Positions 1 to 9,580 are shown, counted from the first letter of the stretch. The stretch: DNA of 64,000 nucleotides from an uncultured delta proteobacterium (GCA_963745835.1 CAVUZH010000014.1:1-64000); one strand, 5' to 3'. Notes: a model not told the origin generated them from the letters alone. Program-made: numbers and translations.

Positions 1-48
1 GCGCGCGGCTGCGGTTGCGGCGGATCTCTCTCAACCACACTGGTAGGG
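1..48 (-). other. partial attC site (truncated by window edge)
   Basis: TCTCAACC-N5-GGTAGGGCTTCGA nearly matches GTTAGGGGTTCGA, the minus-strand core of the cassette starting at 854; same motif family as the attCs at 3853, 5021 and 6076. Confidence 0.65.
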
Positions 49-66
49 CTTCGATGCCGTCGGATT

Positions 67-825
67 TCACACCAGTTCATATATCGCCTGCACGGGCCAA
101 TGATCTGACGGAGCAGTGTCTTCGCCATAACACTGTGGCACACTTGCGGCCACCGCACGCGCGTGTCGGTTTGCGACAATGAGGTCGATGGCCTCGGTAA
201 CGGTGGGTTCATCGGGCCGCACGTTCGCTGTCGGGTAGCACTGAAAGGTCGGAGGGCTTTGCATTCCCAGGGCTGCGAAACAGCTTACGAATCCTGCCTT
301 TTTGAGGATGCGCTGAGGATGATATGCGTCATTCATGTCTCCCATGAAGAATGCAGGCTCATCTTTACGCACGAGCCGAGTCAGCTCGTCGGCAATTCGC
401 TTGAGTTGCCTTACTCTCGGTGAAAGACCGCTTTCCGACTCGTCGGGATTCCGACGGTTAGTGAGATGCGCGGTGGCGACGAATATCGTCCCGGGTAGCG
501 GCATGAACCGCAGGCGCACCCAAAACATCCGCCTTTCCGGTTCGGGGTGGCCGACTTCCTCAGTACCGTGCTCGACCTTTTCGAAGAGCGCCTTGCTCCA
601 ATAGATGTTGCTCTCGCTTGTCCATCCGGAAAACGGATCACGAACGCGATCATGTGTCTTTAGCGTGCCGTCGAGGAACTCCTGGGTCGCGCTTTGCAAC
701 TCCTGCACACAAAGCACATCGGGAGCGAACAACTTAAGAAATCTCTCCAGCGCATTTGCTCGAGCCGGCCAGCGCTCGGTGAGCCACAGGTTGTAGGTTA
801 TGAGCGATAACCGAGCCGGGATCAT
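67..825 (-). CDS. endonuclease/exonuclease/phosphatase (EEP) family protein, gene cassette
   Basis: Motifs TYNL, LCVQE, GDMN, SDHWPV. Confidence 0.88.
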   Translation of the reverse strand: MIPARLSLITYNLWLTERWPARANALERFLKLFAPDVLCVQELQSATQEFLDGTLKTHDRVRDPFSGWTSESNIYWSKALFEKVEHGTEEVGHPEPERRMFWVRLRFMPLPGTIFVATAHLTNRRNPDESESGLSPRVRQLKRIADELTRLVRKDEPAFFMGDMNDAYHPQRILKKAGFVSCFAALGMQSPPTFQCYPTANVRPDEPTVTEAIDLIVANRHARAVAASVPQCYGEDTAPSDHWPVQAIYELV

Positions 826-847
826 GTTTGCTGCAGCCTCCTCGAAC

Positions 848-921
848 CCCTAACGCCCGCGATCAGCCCGCCGCGCATGAAATCAACGCTATTCGCGGTC
901 GGCTGGATGGCGTTGTTATGC
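848..921 (-). other. attC site
   Basis: CCCTAAC...GTTATGC imperfect palindrome; GTTATGCCGC complements GCGGCATAAC at 1495-1504, delimiting the GNAT cassette. Confidence 0.9.
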
Positions 922-952
922 CGCCCTCGCCCGAAGCAACTCTAACCTCTCT

Positions 953-1465
953 TCACCACGGCAGACTTCCAAGCTCAATACTTCCAGATGACCAACCTTC
1001 TCCCACAAGCGGCAATACCATCACGCGCAGAGGTGAAACAATGTTGCCGCTCGGCTGCTCGATCAGCACGGAGCTTTCTACTTCCTGCCAACCGAGCGCT
1101 TCGTAGTACGCCAACAGCTTCGGAAGACAAAAGAGTAGGCCAGCATCCACTTTCCACTCCTGCTCCAAGAAGTTCGCCGCATGCCGCATGAGCTGGCGAG
1201 CGAATCCTTTCTCCTGCGCCTCCGGTACGGTAACGACCCCGCCCACTCCCCCGACCGTGGCCGGCTCTCCATTGACGCTAACCGAATGCTTCAGGACGCC
1301 TACATGACTGACCGGCTCCCCATCCGAATACAATAGGAAGTGTAAGTCTTTCGCCCTCCAGCTTAGCTTGAGCGCCGCAACGTCAAAGATATTCTCTCCC
1401 CAGCCAAAGAGCAGTTGCTTTTCTTCATCAGTGAGAACTTCGGCTTGTCTGATCTCTTCCGCCAT
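953..1465 (-). CDS. GNAT acetyltransferase (AAC(2')/Eis-like), gene cassette
   Basis: VSHVGV...VGGVGGVVTVPEAQEKGFARQLM acetyl-CoA motif A; YYEALGW. Confidence 0.85.
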   Translation of the reverse strand: MAEEIRQAEVLTDEEKQLLFGWGENIFDVAALKLSWRAKDLHFLLYSDGEPVSHVGVLKHSVSVNGEPATVGGVGGVVTVPEAQEKGFARQLMRHAANFLEQEWKVDAGLLFCLPKLLAYYEALGWQEVESSVLIEQPSGNIVSPLRVMVLPLVGEGWSSGSIELGSLPW

Positions 1466-1497
1466 AGTCCAGATTGTAAGTTACAGAACGCCTAGCG

Positions 1498-1577
1498 GCA
1501 TAACGCCAAGGATGTGCGGCGGCGGCTATCAAGATATTCCTCACCGGGCCGCCGACCGCACAATCCAATGGTTCGGC
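1498..1577 (-). other. attC site
   Basis: GCATAAC...GTTCGGC palindrome; GTTCGGC complements GCCGAAC at 2130. Confidence 0.88.
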
Positions 1578-1587
1578 GGCCCTTATT

Positions 1588-2076
1588 TTATGAGCTTCTC
1601 GATCGTTTTAAGTCGTTCTCGGATTTTATATCCACGGCATTCTGTAAAAACCCTTCAAACATCACCGCCGCGGCGGCGATAACGGCAGAGCCGAAGGTGA
1701 TGAGGATGCCCATAAAAACCCCGCCTGCACGATCATCACTATTGCCCAACATAATGAACAGTTCTCCTAACGCAACGAAACCGATAATGGCTAACGCACA
1801 AAATTTTATTGTCCGCAGAGCTTTCACGGGCGCCTGCGAAAATGCCTTATTTTGTCCGATGTATCCCAACACCTTGAATGCCTGATAGAGCGCCACGAAA
1901 AATGGAGTGGACGCCAAATACGCATACGCCAAAAAGGGATCTTTAAAGTAGATCTCGAAGAGCGTGGCGTGCGCGTTTCTGCCTTCGATGTGAGGCTCCC
2001 AAAGCATGAGAGCAAGAGCGCCAATGCCGATGAGCACAATGACTGCCTGAAGAAATACTGTTGGGCCTTTTTTCAT
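1588..2076 (-). CDS. DUF2975 family membrane protein, gene cassette
   Basis: Four hydrophobic segments; C-terminal LQNAVDIKSENDL signature. Confidence 0.8.
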   Translation of the reverse strand: MKKGPTVFLQAVIVLIGIGALALMLWEPHIEGRNAHATLFEIYFKDPFLAYAYLASTPFFVALYQAFKVLGYIGQNKAFSQAPVKALRTIKFCALAIIGFVALGELFIMLGNSDDRAGGVFMGILITFGSAVIAAAAVMFEGFLQNAVDIKSENDLKRSRSS

Positions 2077-2129
2077 GGGTGATTTCATGCCCTGTTGCTC
2101 AACGATGTCCACCTTAACGATTTAAGGCC

Positions 2130-2232
2130 GCCGAACTAGTAATATACTGACCTGCCTTTGCGGATATCAATATCGGCAAGTGTCGCCTGCAACGCGAGGC
2201 CTACGTGGCGGCACTATAACCCGGAGTTAGGC
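2130..2232 (-). other. attC site (long, less symmetric)
   Basis: GCCGAAC...GTTAGGC with inner TATACTGACC/GGCACTATA arms; GTTAGGC complements GCCTAAC at 3210. Confidence 0.75.
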
Positions 2233-2242
2233 GCAGGTCGCG

Positions 2243-3172
2243 CTACTTTGATGTTCCCCTGTTCAACTTCAGCATCGAGCGCACAGCCGCCTCGACTTTA
2301 GGCCGGGCTACAGACCCTGGTGCAATGACTTCAAAATGTGATGCGTTTTCTACAGCTATAAAGCTCACATCGTCGCCTACTTTCTTCGCTTCTTCTTCGT
2401 ACTTCTGTCCCCACCGCGCAGGGATAAGTTTGTCCTGCGCGCCGGTAATCAATACCTGCTTCACTCGTATGGGCAAAAGATTTGACGGCGAAGCCTGTCT
2501 GTACCTCTCGGGCACTTCAGAGGGTGAGCCTCCGATGAGGTTTGTAATCACCGGAGCACCACAAAGCTGACTCTGAATCGGCAGGATACTTTCCAGGTCT
2601 GTCGGTCCCGCAAGATTGACAATGCCTACGACGCGCAACGGCTCCTTCGAGAACAGAGGGCTTGCTTTGGGAAGCCGATACCGAGCAGCGGCCCAAGTCC
2701 CGAGATGCCCGCCTGCAGAATGGCCAACAACGACTACACGGTTCAAATCGAGTGAGTATGCTTTGGCCAGCACGCGCAAGTAATCAATGGCGTTGGCAAC
2801 ATCCTCAAAGGTACCGGTCCATCCACCGCCTGGGTTGTCAGTTTGGCGATATTCTATATTCCACGTTGCTATACCGAGGCTCGTCAGAGCCGAGGAGAGA
2901 GGCGCCGTGTTCTGGAGGTCGGCAATGAGGTCGCCATGTTTGGACTTCCAGCACCCTCCATGAATGACAATGGCAACTGGATGGCGACCTGAGGACTGTG
3001 GCAGCCGCAGCTCGCCAAATTGGAGAGGATCACTACCGTAATGGATTCGGTGATCGGCGGGAGATGAGGGGAGTTTATTTACCTGTTGAGGACCGAGGAA
3101 CTGAGCTTCTGCCATCGAAGGAATGACGCCGATTGCAATCATGACAGATAACAATAATGTTGGTTTTCGCAA
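2243..3172 (-). CDS. secreted alpha/beta hydrolase (esterase/lipase), gene cassette
   Basis: Signal peptide, HGGCW oxyanion motif, GHSAGG nucleophile elbow. Confidence 0.88.
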   Translation of the reverse strand: MRKPTLLLSVMIAIGVIPSMAEAQFLGPQQVNKLPSSPADHRIHYGSDPLQFGELRLPQSSGRHPVAIVIHGGCWKSKHGDLIADLQNTAPLSSALTSLGIATWNIEYRQTDNPGGGWTGTFEDVANAIDYLRVLAKAYSLDLNRVVVVGHSAGGHLGTWAAARYRLPKASPLFSKEPLRVVGIVNLAGPTDLESILPIQSQLCGAPVITNLIGGSPSEVPERYRQASPSNLLPIRVKQVLITGAQDKLIPARWGQKYEEEAKKVGDDVSFIAVENASHFEVIAPGSVARPKVEAAVRSMLKLNRGTSK

Positions 3173-3209
3173 CGCCTTCTCTCCTATCTTGGCGACTGAT
3201 GTTTACTGT

Positions 3210-3296
3210 GCCTAACGTCGTGGTGAACGGCGGGCGTGCGCCGGTGGCTGATAACGCATTGTGCCGGCGGCCCATCCGTTCGACGTGGAGTTAGGC
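3210..3296 (-). other. attC site
   Basis: GCCTAAC...GTTAGGC with GAACGG/CCGTTC arms. Confidence 0.88.
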
Positions 3297-3811
3297 ACTG
3301 GTTGCCTGATGCCCCAAGGGCACCTTGCGATACATTGCCAAAAGATCAAGTGGCTTGGATTCCGGAACTCCTAGAACAGTGAGGATGCAGTGCGCTTGGC
3401 CGCGATGATGGGTCTGGTGATTGAACCAATGAGCCAGCAAGTCCGCAGCGGGAAACGTTGCGGCAGCGCTTTGGTCGTGGAGTAGCTGAAATCCTGACCT
3501 ATCTCTTCCTCGGAGAGCCCTTCCACGTACTGGAAGATCCGACCGTCCTCAGCCTCGCGTGCAACCTGTAACGACGGTAGGTCATCGAACATGATTGCGT
3601 TTAGCTGTGCCGGATGCTCACCCTCGCCCGTGAATCGGTGCATCCAGATCCGATCGGTTACGAGAAGATGATTGAGCGTGCCGTGCAGACTGCCAAAGAA
3701 CGCACAGACGTTCTTTGGGTAAGTCTCGACGGAAAGGCTACGAGCCTCTGCATATAGTCGAGAATTCGCCCAAGCGTTGTACCTGGCCATAATGCCAAAG
3801 TGATGATTCAT
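3291..3811 (-). CDS. DinB family protein, gene cassette (frameshift near 3445)
   Basis: YNAWAN, GSLHGTLNHLLVTD; the shifted frame gives DLLAHWFNHQTHHRGQ and stops inside the attC core. Confidence 0.85.
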
Positions 3812-3852
3812 GGGTTCCCCTCCGCCACATGTAGTTGCGGCGGTCACACTAA

Positions 3853-3912
3853 GCCTAACGGCATGGGTGAGAAGCGCGGCCTTCCGCGTCATTCTCAACC
3901 CAATGGTTAGAC
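3853..3912 (-). other. attC site (short family)
   Basis: GCCTAAC-GGCAT-GGGTGAGAA...TTCTCAACCC-AATG-GTTAGAC. Confidence 0.9.
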
Positions 3913-3973
3913 GGCGTAACAAGATTTCATAGAGCCACCTGGCGTCGACGGCTTTTGGTACTGCCACCTCCGT

Positions 3974-4834
3974 CTAAACAGAAGCCGGCCGATGCGCCCT
4001 GAGGAAGGACCGTATCTGGCGCACCGCCAGGGGAATCCGCTCTTTGGGCTCCTTCCACGGGAACATGCTCACTTCGGCTTTCGGCGCGAGCATCGCGGCC
4101 TCCATCGCGACAGCGTACGGATGCGCCGGGATATCGTCCGGCAGGATCAGGACGGGCGTCTGACAATGACGCACGAAATCGCGTGTCACCGTATAGACGA
4201 AGTCGGCGTTGCTGCGGTACATGTTGGTCAGAAATTTTTCGACCATCTCCATCGTAATGTCGGGCAGGCGCTTGATCAGCTCCGGAGCCCAGCCGGTCAT
4301 GCCGCTGTCATACATCACGTTGGGCATCTCCGGCCGGAATCCGACGGGCTGTGCCAACACGGCGGCGACAACCCGATCGGGTGCCCTCTTCAACAGGTTC
4401 CAGATGAAGGGGCCACCAATGCAGAAACCCAGCGCCATGAACTTGTCGATGCCCAGGTGATCCATCACACCGAGCTGATCATCGGCAAATGAATCCCACG
4501 GCCGGTCGACTTCGAGCGGACCGAAGGACTGGCCGCGATTTCCGTTGCGCAGGTCCGACGCGATGCAACGGTACTCTCCCTTGAATTCCTCGACTGGATT
4601 AAAAGGAGCAGTGGTCAAGCCGGAGATCGCCGAGTTTAGTCCCCCACCGGCGATGAGCAACAACGGGAACCCGGAACCGGCATCCTGATAGCGGATGCGA
4701 ACGGGGCCCTTTTCGTAGAAGGACATGGCAACGCCTCCCTGCCCAGTCTGCTGCGCAAACGCTCGCGGCACTGCGGCCATTACCGTCGCCGCGGCGCCCG
4801 CTTTCAATATTTTGCGTCTGATCGGATCGATCAT
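3974..4834 (-). CDS. alpha/beta hydrolase with Tat-like leader, gene cassette
   Basis: IRRKILKAGAAA twin-arginine leader; GFCIGG nucleophile elbow (Cys). Confidence 0.8.
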   Translation of the reverse strand: MIDPIRRKILKAGAAATVMAAVPRAFAQQTGQGGVAMSFYEKGPVRIRYQDAGSGFPLLLIAGGGLNSAISGLTTAPFNPVEEFKGEYRCIASDLRNGNRGQSFGPLEVDRPWDSFADDQLGVMDHLGIDKFMALGFCIGGPFIWNLLKRAPDRVVAAVLAQPVGFRPEMPNVMYDSGMTGWAPELIKRLPDITMEMVEKFLTNMYRSNADFVYTVTRDFVRHCQTPVLILPDDIPAHPYAVAMEAAMLAPKAEVSMFPWKEPKERIPLAVRQIRSFLRAHRPASV

Positions 4835-4858
4835 CGGCGTCCTTCTGACTTTCTGGCC

Positions 4859-4937
4859 GGCTAACGCCATGCTCTGCGGCGCGCGCTATTAAGAAATTCC
4901 ACACTAAGCGCGCGTCCGCAGTAGCGCATGGTTAGCC
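4859..4937 (-). other. attC site
   Basis: GGCTAAC-GCCATGCTCTGCGG...CCGCAGTAGCGCATG-GTTAGCC palindrome. Confidence 0.9.
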
Positions 4938-5020
4938 GTCTCGCTCGCACACCCATTTTACAACCCTATCCGGGTAGTCCTTTAGAAAGTCATTGTTAGG
5001 CATGTGCTCATTGGTTATCT

Positions 5021-5080
5021 CTGTCACGCCACGGGTGAGAGGCGCGGTCCGCCGCGGCCTTCTCAACCCAGTGGTTAGAC
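5021..5080 (-). other. attC site with degenerate core
   Basis: GGGTGAGAGGCGCGG...CCGCGGCCTTCTCAACCC-AGTG-GTTAGAC; the left box reads CTGTCAC instead of RYYYAAC. Confidence 0.75.
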
Positions 5081-5134
5081 TTCTTTTTCAACCTTTCTCA
5101 CAGACTGGTCAATACAGTTTTAGGCACTAAAAAG

Positions 5135-5991
5135 CTACTCGATTTCCCGGACAAGACGAAACCCTACCCAGTACGGTCGAGCAGCGGCGCGGTACATATC
5201 TCGAGAGGATGAACTTAAATTGTTTTTGTTAACACCCCGAAACGAACCGCCGCGGTGCACGCGCCCGTTGCAGTTGCCGTTGTGTTCCTTTTCCAAGCTG
5301 ACCCATCGGATGGTGCCCCTTGATAACTGTCGTGCCAGCAATCCTGTACCCATTCCCTTACGTTGCCGACGGTGTCGTAAAGCCCAAATGGATTTGGCTT
5401 GAATGAACCTACCGGCATCGTCTGCGTCTTGTCCGGCGGGGTGCCGCAGCTTGTGCAATTAGCAAAGCCAGGCTTCATCTCGCTGCCCCACCAATAGGCA
5501 GTCTCGGTTCCGCCGCGTGCAGCATATTCCCATTCGGCCTCGGTCGGGAGCCGATAGTGCTTGTCCGTTTGCTGGGATAACCACGCAGCATACTCAACCG
5601 CCTCATTCCACGAAACTCGAATCACTGGCCGGCGGCCCCGACCAAAACCTTCGTCATCTGGTGATTGGCGGCCAGTTGCCTTAGCAAACTCGTCGTATTG
5701 ATCAAAAGTGATTTCGTACCGGCTGACCGCAAAAGCTCTGCGAATATGCACTTCGTGCACCGGTTGCTCGACCTTGAGGCCCCTACCCTGGATGTCCCCC
5801 ATGCGAAATTTCCCCGCGGGTATAACAATCATCTCAGGACCGTCGGTTCCGATTTTCATTCGGTCGCGAAACACCTGGCCGGTTCTTAAACTAGGCCGCG
5901 CCGCCGAGAGCGCTTGTAAGGTCCCACTGTGCTGCTCGCTAATCAGGAGCAACCCAGCGCCAAGAACAATTAAAACTGTGCGTCGTACCAT
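5135..5991 (-). CDS. formylglycine-generating enzyme (FGE-sulfatase/SUMF1) family protein, gene cassette (frameshift near 5290)
   Basis: RLPTEAEWEYAARGG, NPFGLYDTVGNVREW; the second frame gives RVHRGGSF...VGFRLVRE. Confidence 0.9.
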
Positions 5992-6075
5992 CTGAAATTC
6001 GCTCTCGTTTTGCAGAGCGGCTGTCGGTAGTTTTCATCCCGGCCTACCGACCAACGTGGAAAAACTAAATTGTTT

Positions 6076-6135
6076 GTCTAACGTTTTGGGTGAGAGGCGC
6101 GGTCCGCCGCGACCGTCTCCACCCATTGGTTATGC
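6076..6135 (-). other. attC site (short family)
   Basis: GTCTAAC-GTTTT-GGGTGAGAGGCGCGG...CTCCACCC-ATTG-GTTATGC. Confidence 0.9.
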
Positions 6136-6796
6136 GGCATCTTCTTCGGTACGACCAAGTAACGGAAGCCGCCGTAGAAACACATACGGAGCATATGGTC
6201 CTCATCCCCTTTGAGACCCGCAGCCCACTCGTACCAGAAGACACCCGGATTCTCGCCTTTTCGGTGGGCGTGCTGAAACACGGGTCGAGTGCGCGGATGG
6301 CTGGCTGCATGGGACTTAAAGAGAGGTCGGGCATTAGGGGCCCGTCTGAGACGACAGAGAGTTCTAAGGTCCAACACCTCCCGAAGTCGTGGAAGAACAG
6401 GCCGCGTGCAACGCGTTCCATGACGCGATTCACCCGCATCGCGTCGAACTCTATGGTCGGCACCTCTCGGCCATCGGGGAGCTGTAGTACTTCTATCTTC
6501 TGAAATAGGCTCGGCACCACACCCTTGCTCTTCTCGATCGTCCGAAAGCCCTTCTTGAGGAAGTCCTGTTGACCGAGCGCATTGGCCTGATATGGCAAAC
6601 GGACCACAAGCGACGCGATCTCATCATCGCTCGAGTACTTGCCGTTGTGGGCATCGCACGCGGGAACGGTGATCAGGTTCTTGCGCACCGCTGCTACGTC
6701 GGCCGGGAGGTCCTTGTCCTTTGGGAAGAAACAGCGGGGCGGTACATGGTCCACGCTGGTCGCTGGACCCCCACAGTAGAAACACGGCTTCGCCAT
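6078..6796 (-). CDS. HNH-like endonuclease domain protein, gene cassette (frameshift near 6265)
   Basis: N-terminal CFYCG...DHVPP...VPACDAHN pattern. Confidence 0.7.
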
Positions 6797-6807
6797 ACTC
6801 GTTGTCC

Positions 6808-6894
6808 GCTTAACGCGATGCGGCTAAGCCGTGGCGAATAAGCGAGCCTGAAAGGCGAGCGTTCTCAACATCAGTTTTAAGCCGCGGGTTATAC
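6808..6894 (-). other. attC site
   Basis: GCTTAAC...GCGGCTAA/TTAAGCCGC...GTTATAC; GTTATACCGC nearly complements GCGGTTTAAC at 7423-7432. Confidence 0.78.
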
Positions 6895-7401
6895 CGCATG
6901 TCTGCCAACCATATGCATTACCGCCGCAGCGATGAGTCGTGCATCTTCTTCGATGACTGCATAAGGGTACTCGTTCTCCTCTAGCATACGAGATTCGACG
7001 TTCTCACGGTGGCCAGGATGCCGAAAATGGGTTACAGGATTTCTCACTATTCTTGCGCGCTCGAATGCGTCGTACTCCGCGGAACTCAACCAGCCAGCAT
7101 TTCGCGTTTCTCTGAGCAGATCCGAAATGCTGGAGCGTACTAAGTCATTTCGGCCGGAGGCGTAGAACTCCGCGGCGAGCGTTCTTTCAATAAACGCGAC
7201 GCCGAGGACGATAACCGCCAAGTACTGACCGTAAGCAAAGCAGTAGCGGGTCTCCTCAAAAAGAAACTTCGCCAAGAGTCCGCCAGGAAACGTTAAGTAC
7301 TCGCCCGCAGGTAATTCGTTCGCAAGCCACTGAAGTCGTTCCAATCGGCCAGCCCGACATCGCTCGTCCTCACGCGAGAGCCATTGTTCAGCTTTGTTCA
7401 T
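6889..7401 (-). CDS. hypothetical protein, HEPN/DUF4145-like, gene cassette
   Basis: Helical protein with RNPVTH (Rx4H) motif. Confidence 0.55.
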   Translation of the reverse strand: MNKAEQWLSREDERCRAGRLERLQWLANELPAGEYLTFPGGLLAKFLFEETRYCFAYGQYLAVIVLGVAFIERTLAAEFYASGRNDLVRSSISDLLRETRNAGWLSSAEYDAFERARIVRNPVTHFRHPGHRENVESRMLEENEYPYAVIEEDARLIAAAVMHMVGRHAV

Positions 7402-7425
7402 TTATGGAGGTCCATCATGACGGCG

Positions 7426-7482
7426 GTTTAACGCCGCGGTGAGCGGCGCGCGAAGCGCGTCCGCTCGACTGCGAAGTTATGC
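7426..7482 (-). other. attC site (57 bp)
   Basis: GTTTAAC...GAGCGGCGCGCGAAGCGCGTCCGCTC...GTTATGC. Confidence 0.9.
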
Positions 7483-8046
7483 GGGTTCATGTGATGGCAC
7501 AGGGTGCAGCCGATTGGATTCCTCGAAGAGCGCCAGAGCCTTCTGGAGATCGAAAGGCTGCTCGATGAGCCGTTCGGGATCCCATTCGCTGCGTGGGAGG
7601 GCAAAGAAATCGCCACCGTAGACATGCACCGCCCCCGTCAAGCGACTAACCGGATTCAGAACAGAGTGGATGACGTCATGACCGAGGGGGACGGCATCAC
7701 GCTCACTCAGGGCTTTCGCGCCAGCGGCTTCGATTCGGCCATCGACGCGTTCCGGCACGCGTCGCCAGAAGATATTGTCCTCACGACCGGTGTAAATACC
7801 GATGACGGCCCACATCTTATGGTTGTGCGGCAACTGACTCATCCGCGGTCCCCAGACGACATTCAGGATAGTCAGTTCGGCTGCTCGGAAGAGCGGGTGC
7901 AAGCCGGCCCGGCGCGGCTCACCAAGAGCCCGTAAGATCTCGCCGGGCTCGGCGACCGCGCGAGCGACGGTCTCAAGGACGCCGGCCGATCCGACTGCAG
8001 CGCTCGCGTGCTGGCACTCGGCAATAAACCAATCGCGGTCAAACAT
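7477..8046 (-). CDS. cysteine-dioxygenase-like cupin metalloprotein, first gene cassette
   Basis: PHNHKMWAVIGIYTGRE and IHSV...VHVYG cupin motifs. Confidence 0.78.
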   Translation of the reverse strand: MFDRDWFIAECQHASAAVGSAGVLETVARAVAEPGEILRALGEPRRAGLHPLFRAAELTILNVVWGPRMSQLPHNHKMWAVIGIYTGREDNIFWRRVPERVDGRIEAAGAKALSERDAVPLGHDVIHSVLNPVSRLTGAVHVYGGDFFALPRSEWDPERLIEQPFDLQKALALFEESNRLHPVPSHEPA

Positions 8047-8102
8047 GACGGCTCACCTCCGCATCGGTTCGACGATCGATGTTGCTGAGCCCCGGCCTTT
8101 CC

Positions 8103-8145
8103 GTCTAACTATTGAGTATACTGCCGCGACTCCGGCAGTGTATTA
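8103..8145 (-). other. putative attI (first recombination core plus hairpin)
   Basis: GTCTAAC core at 8103-8109 followed by an AGTATACTGCCG/CGGCAGTGTATT inverted repeat with no second GTT box. Confidence 0.5.
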
Positions 8146-8185
8146 GCCTCTACTTCTACACTTCGCGAATAGCAAAACTGCGGGC

Positions 8186-8215
8186 AATATCCCTCACCTG
8201 CAGAGAACTTGTCAA
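8186..8215 (-). promoter_or_regulatory. candidate cassette promoter Pc
   Basis: Minus strand TTGACA-N18-GATATT pointing into the array. Confidence 0.45.
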
Positions 8216-8231
8216 GAAACATTCATTCCTG

Positions 8232-9580
8232 TGTAGTAGCGAAGTGAATCTGTCAGGGGTTAATGGCAACGTGATTATGTCAGGGTGGGAGGATGACAAC
8301 CCTGACAATGCAAGACGAGAAGCGACTAGAGATAATACAACGGGTGTTGCGCCGTGAGCTGACAGTGATGCAAGCCGCACTGGTGATGGGAGTAAGCGAG
8401 CGGCAGTGTTACCGGATCAAAGCACGGGTCGATAAGACCGGAGCCAAGGGAGTGGTTCATGGCAACCGCGGACGGCCTTGTAAACGCAAGACCAAGGAGA
8501 AGACCATTAGACAGGTCTTGGCACTAGCCCGAGGGAAATACCAAGGCTTCAACGATCACCATCTGACCGAGAAGCTCAAAGAACAAGAAAAGATCAAGCT
8601 CAGTCGAGAGAAAGTCCGGCGTGTTCTTCGTGCAAACGGGATCGGTTCCCCCAAGAGGCGCCGCGGGATCAAACACCGAAGCCGCAGAGAAAGACGGGCC
8701 AGTGAGGGGATGATGCTCCAGGTCGATGGCTCCCCGCACGACTGGCTCCAAGGACGAGGGTCGCGCCTTTGTCTGATCGGGGCCATCGACGATGCCACGA
8801 GCAAAGTCATGGGAGCCTTTTTTGCCCCGGCCGAGAGCTCCTGGGGTTACTTTCACCTGTTCTGCGAGATCTTCAAGCAGCATGGAGTGCCCCAGTCGAT
8901 CTATACCGACTGTCACTCGGTATTCTGGACCGACCGGGAACCGACATTAGAGGAGCAGTTGATCAACAGAAAACCCACTACCGAGGTGGGCCGAGGGTTA
9001 GAAGAGCTGGGGGTGACCTTGATCCTAGCCCATTCCCCTCAGGCCAAGGGAAGAATCGAGAGACTGTGGAACACTTTCCAGGATCGACTGGTCAGTGAGC
9101 TGCGGCTGGCCAAGGCCAAGACCGTGGAACAGGCAACCGTGGTCCTGAATCGTTATCTCATCGTTCATAACCGTAGATTCGCTCAGCCCGCTAAAGCAGA
9201 GCCGGCCTGGAGAAAACTCAGTGCGCTTAAAATCGACAGGGCTTTGTGTTTCAAACAACAGCGTACCGTGGCCAAGGACAACACCGTGACTTTCGAAGGT
9301 TCGGTCTTGCAGATCCCTAAGACCTCGCCCTTTGGCTCCTATGCCAACAAGAGAATCGATGTGCATGTGCTTCTCGATGGCGCGGTGGAGTTTTTCTACA
9401 ACACCGAGAAAATCGCAACCTTCGATTCAAAAACAACGCACACAATTGGCCTATATCGAACGAACGGTAAGAAGGTGGGGTTCCGCTATGGTCCGCTTTC
9501 TACGCTGGCGACTTTACCTCAGGTGTCACCCTGACATTTTTACGTTGCTGTTAACATGACATATTGACGTTGCTACGACA
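8232..9580 (+). mobile_element. insertion sequence, ISNCY/IS1202-type, complete
   Basis: 24-bp imperfect TIRs TGTAGTAGCGAAGTGAATCTGTCA / TGACATATTGACGTTGCTACGACA with subterminal repeats; 16-bp direct repeat GAAACATTCATTCCTG at 8216-8231 and 9581-9596. Confidence 0.92.
8293..9534 (+). CDS. DDE transposase (rve-type, ISNCY/IS1202)
   Basis: HGNRGR, LQVDGSPHDW, IDDAT, YTDCHS, SPQAKGRIERLWNTFQDRL. Confidence 0.93.
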   Translation: MTTLTMQDEKRLEIIQRVLRRELTVMQAALVMGVSERQCYRIKARVDKTGAKGVVHGNRGRPCKRKTKEKTIRQVLALARGKYQGFNDHHLTEKLKEQEKIKLSREKVRRVLRANGIGSPKRRRGIKHRSRRERRASEGMMLQVDGSPHDWLQGRGSRLCLIGAIDDATSKVMGAFFAPAESSWGYFHLFCEIFKQHGVPQSIYTDCHSVFWTDREPTLEEQLINRKPTTEVGRGLEELGVTLILAHSPQAKGRIERLWNTFQDRLVSELRLAKAKTVEQATVVLNRYLIVHNRRFAQPAKAEPAWRKLSALKIDRALCFKQQRTVAKDNTVTFEGSVLQIPKTSPFGSYANKRIDVHVLLDGAVEFFYNTEKIATFDSKTTHTIGLYRTNGKKVGFRYGPLSTLATLPQVSP

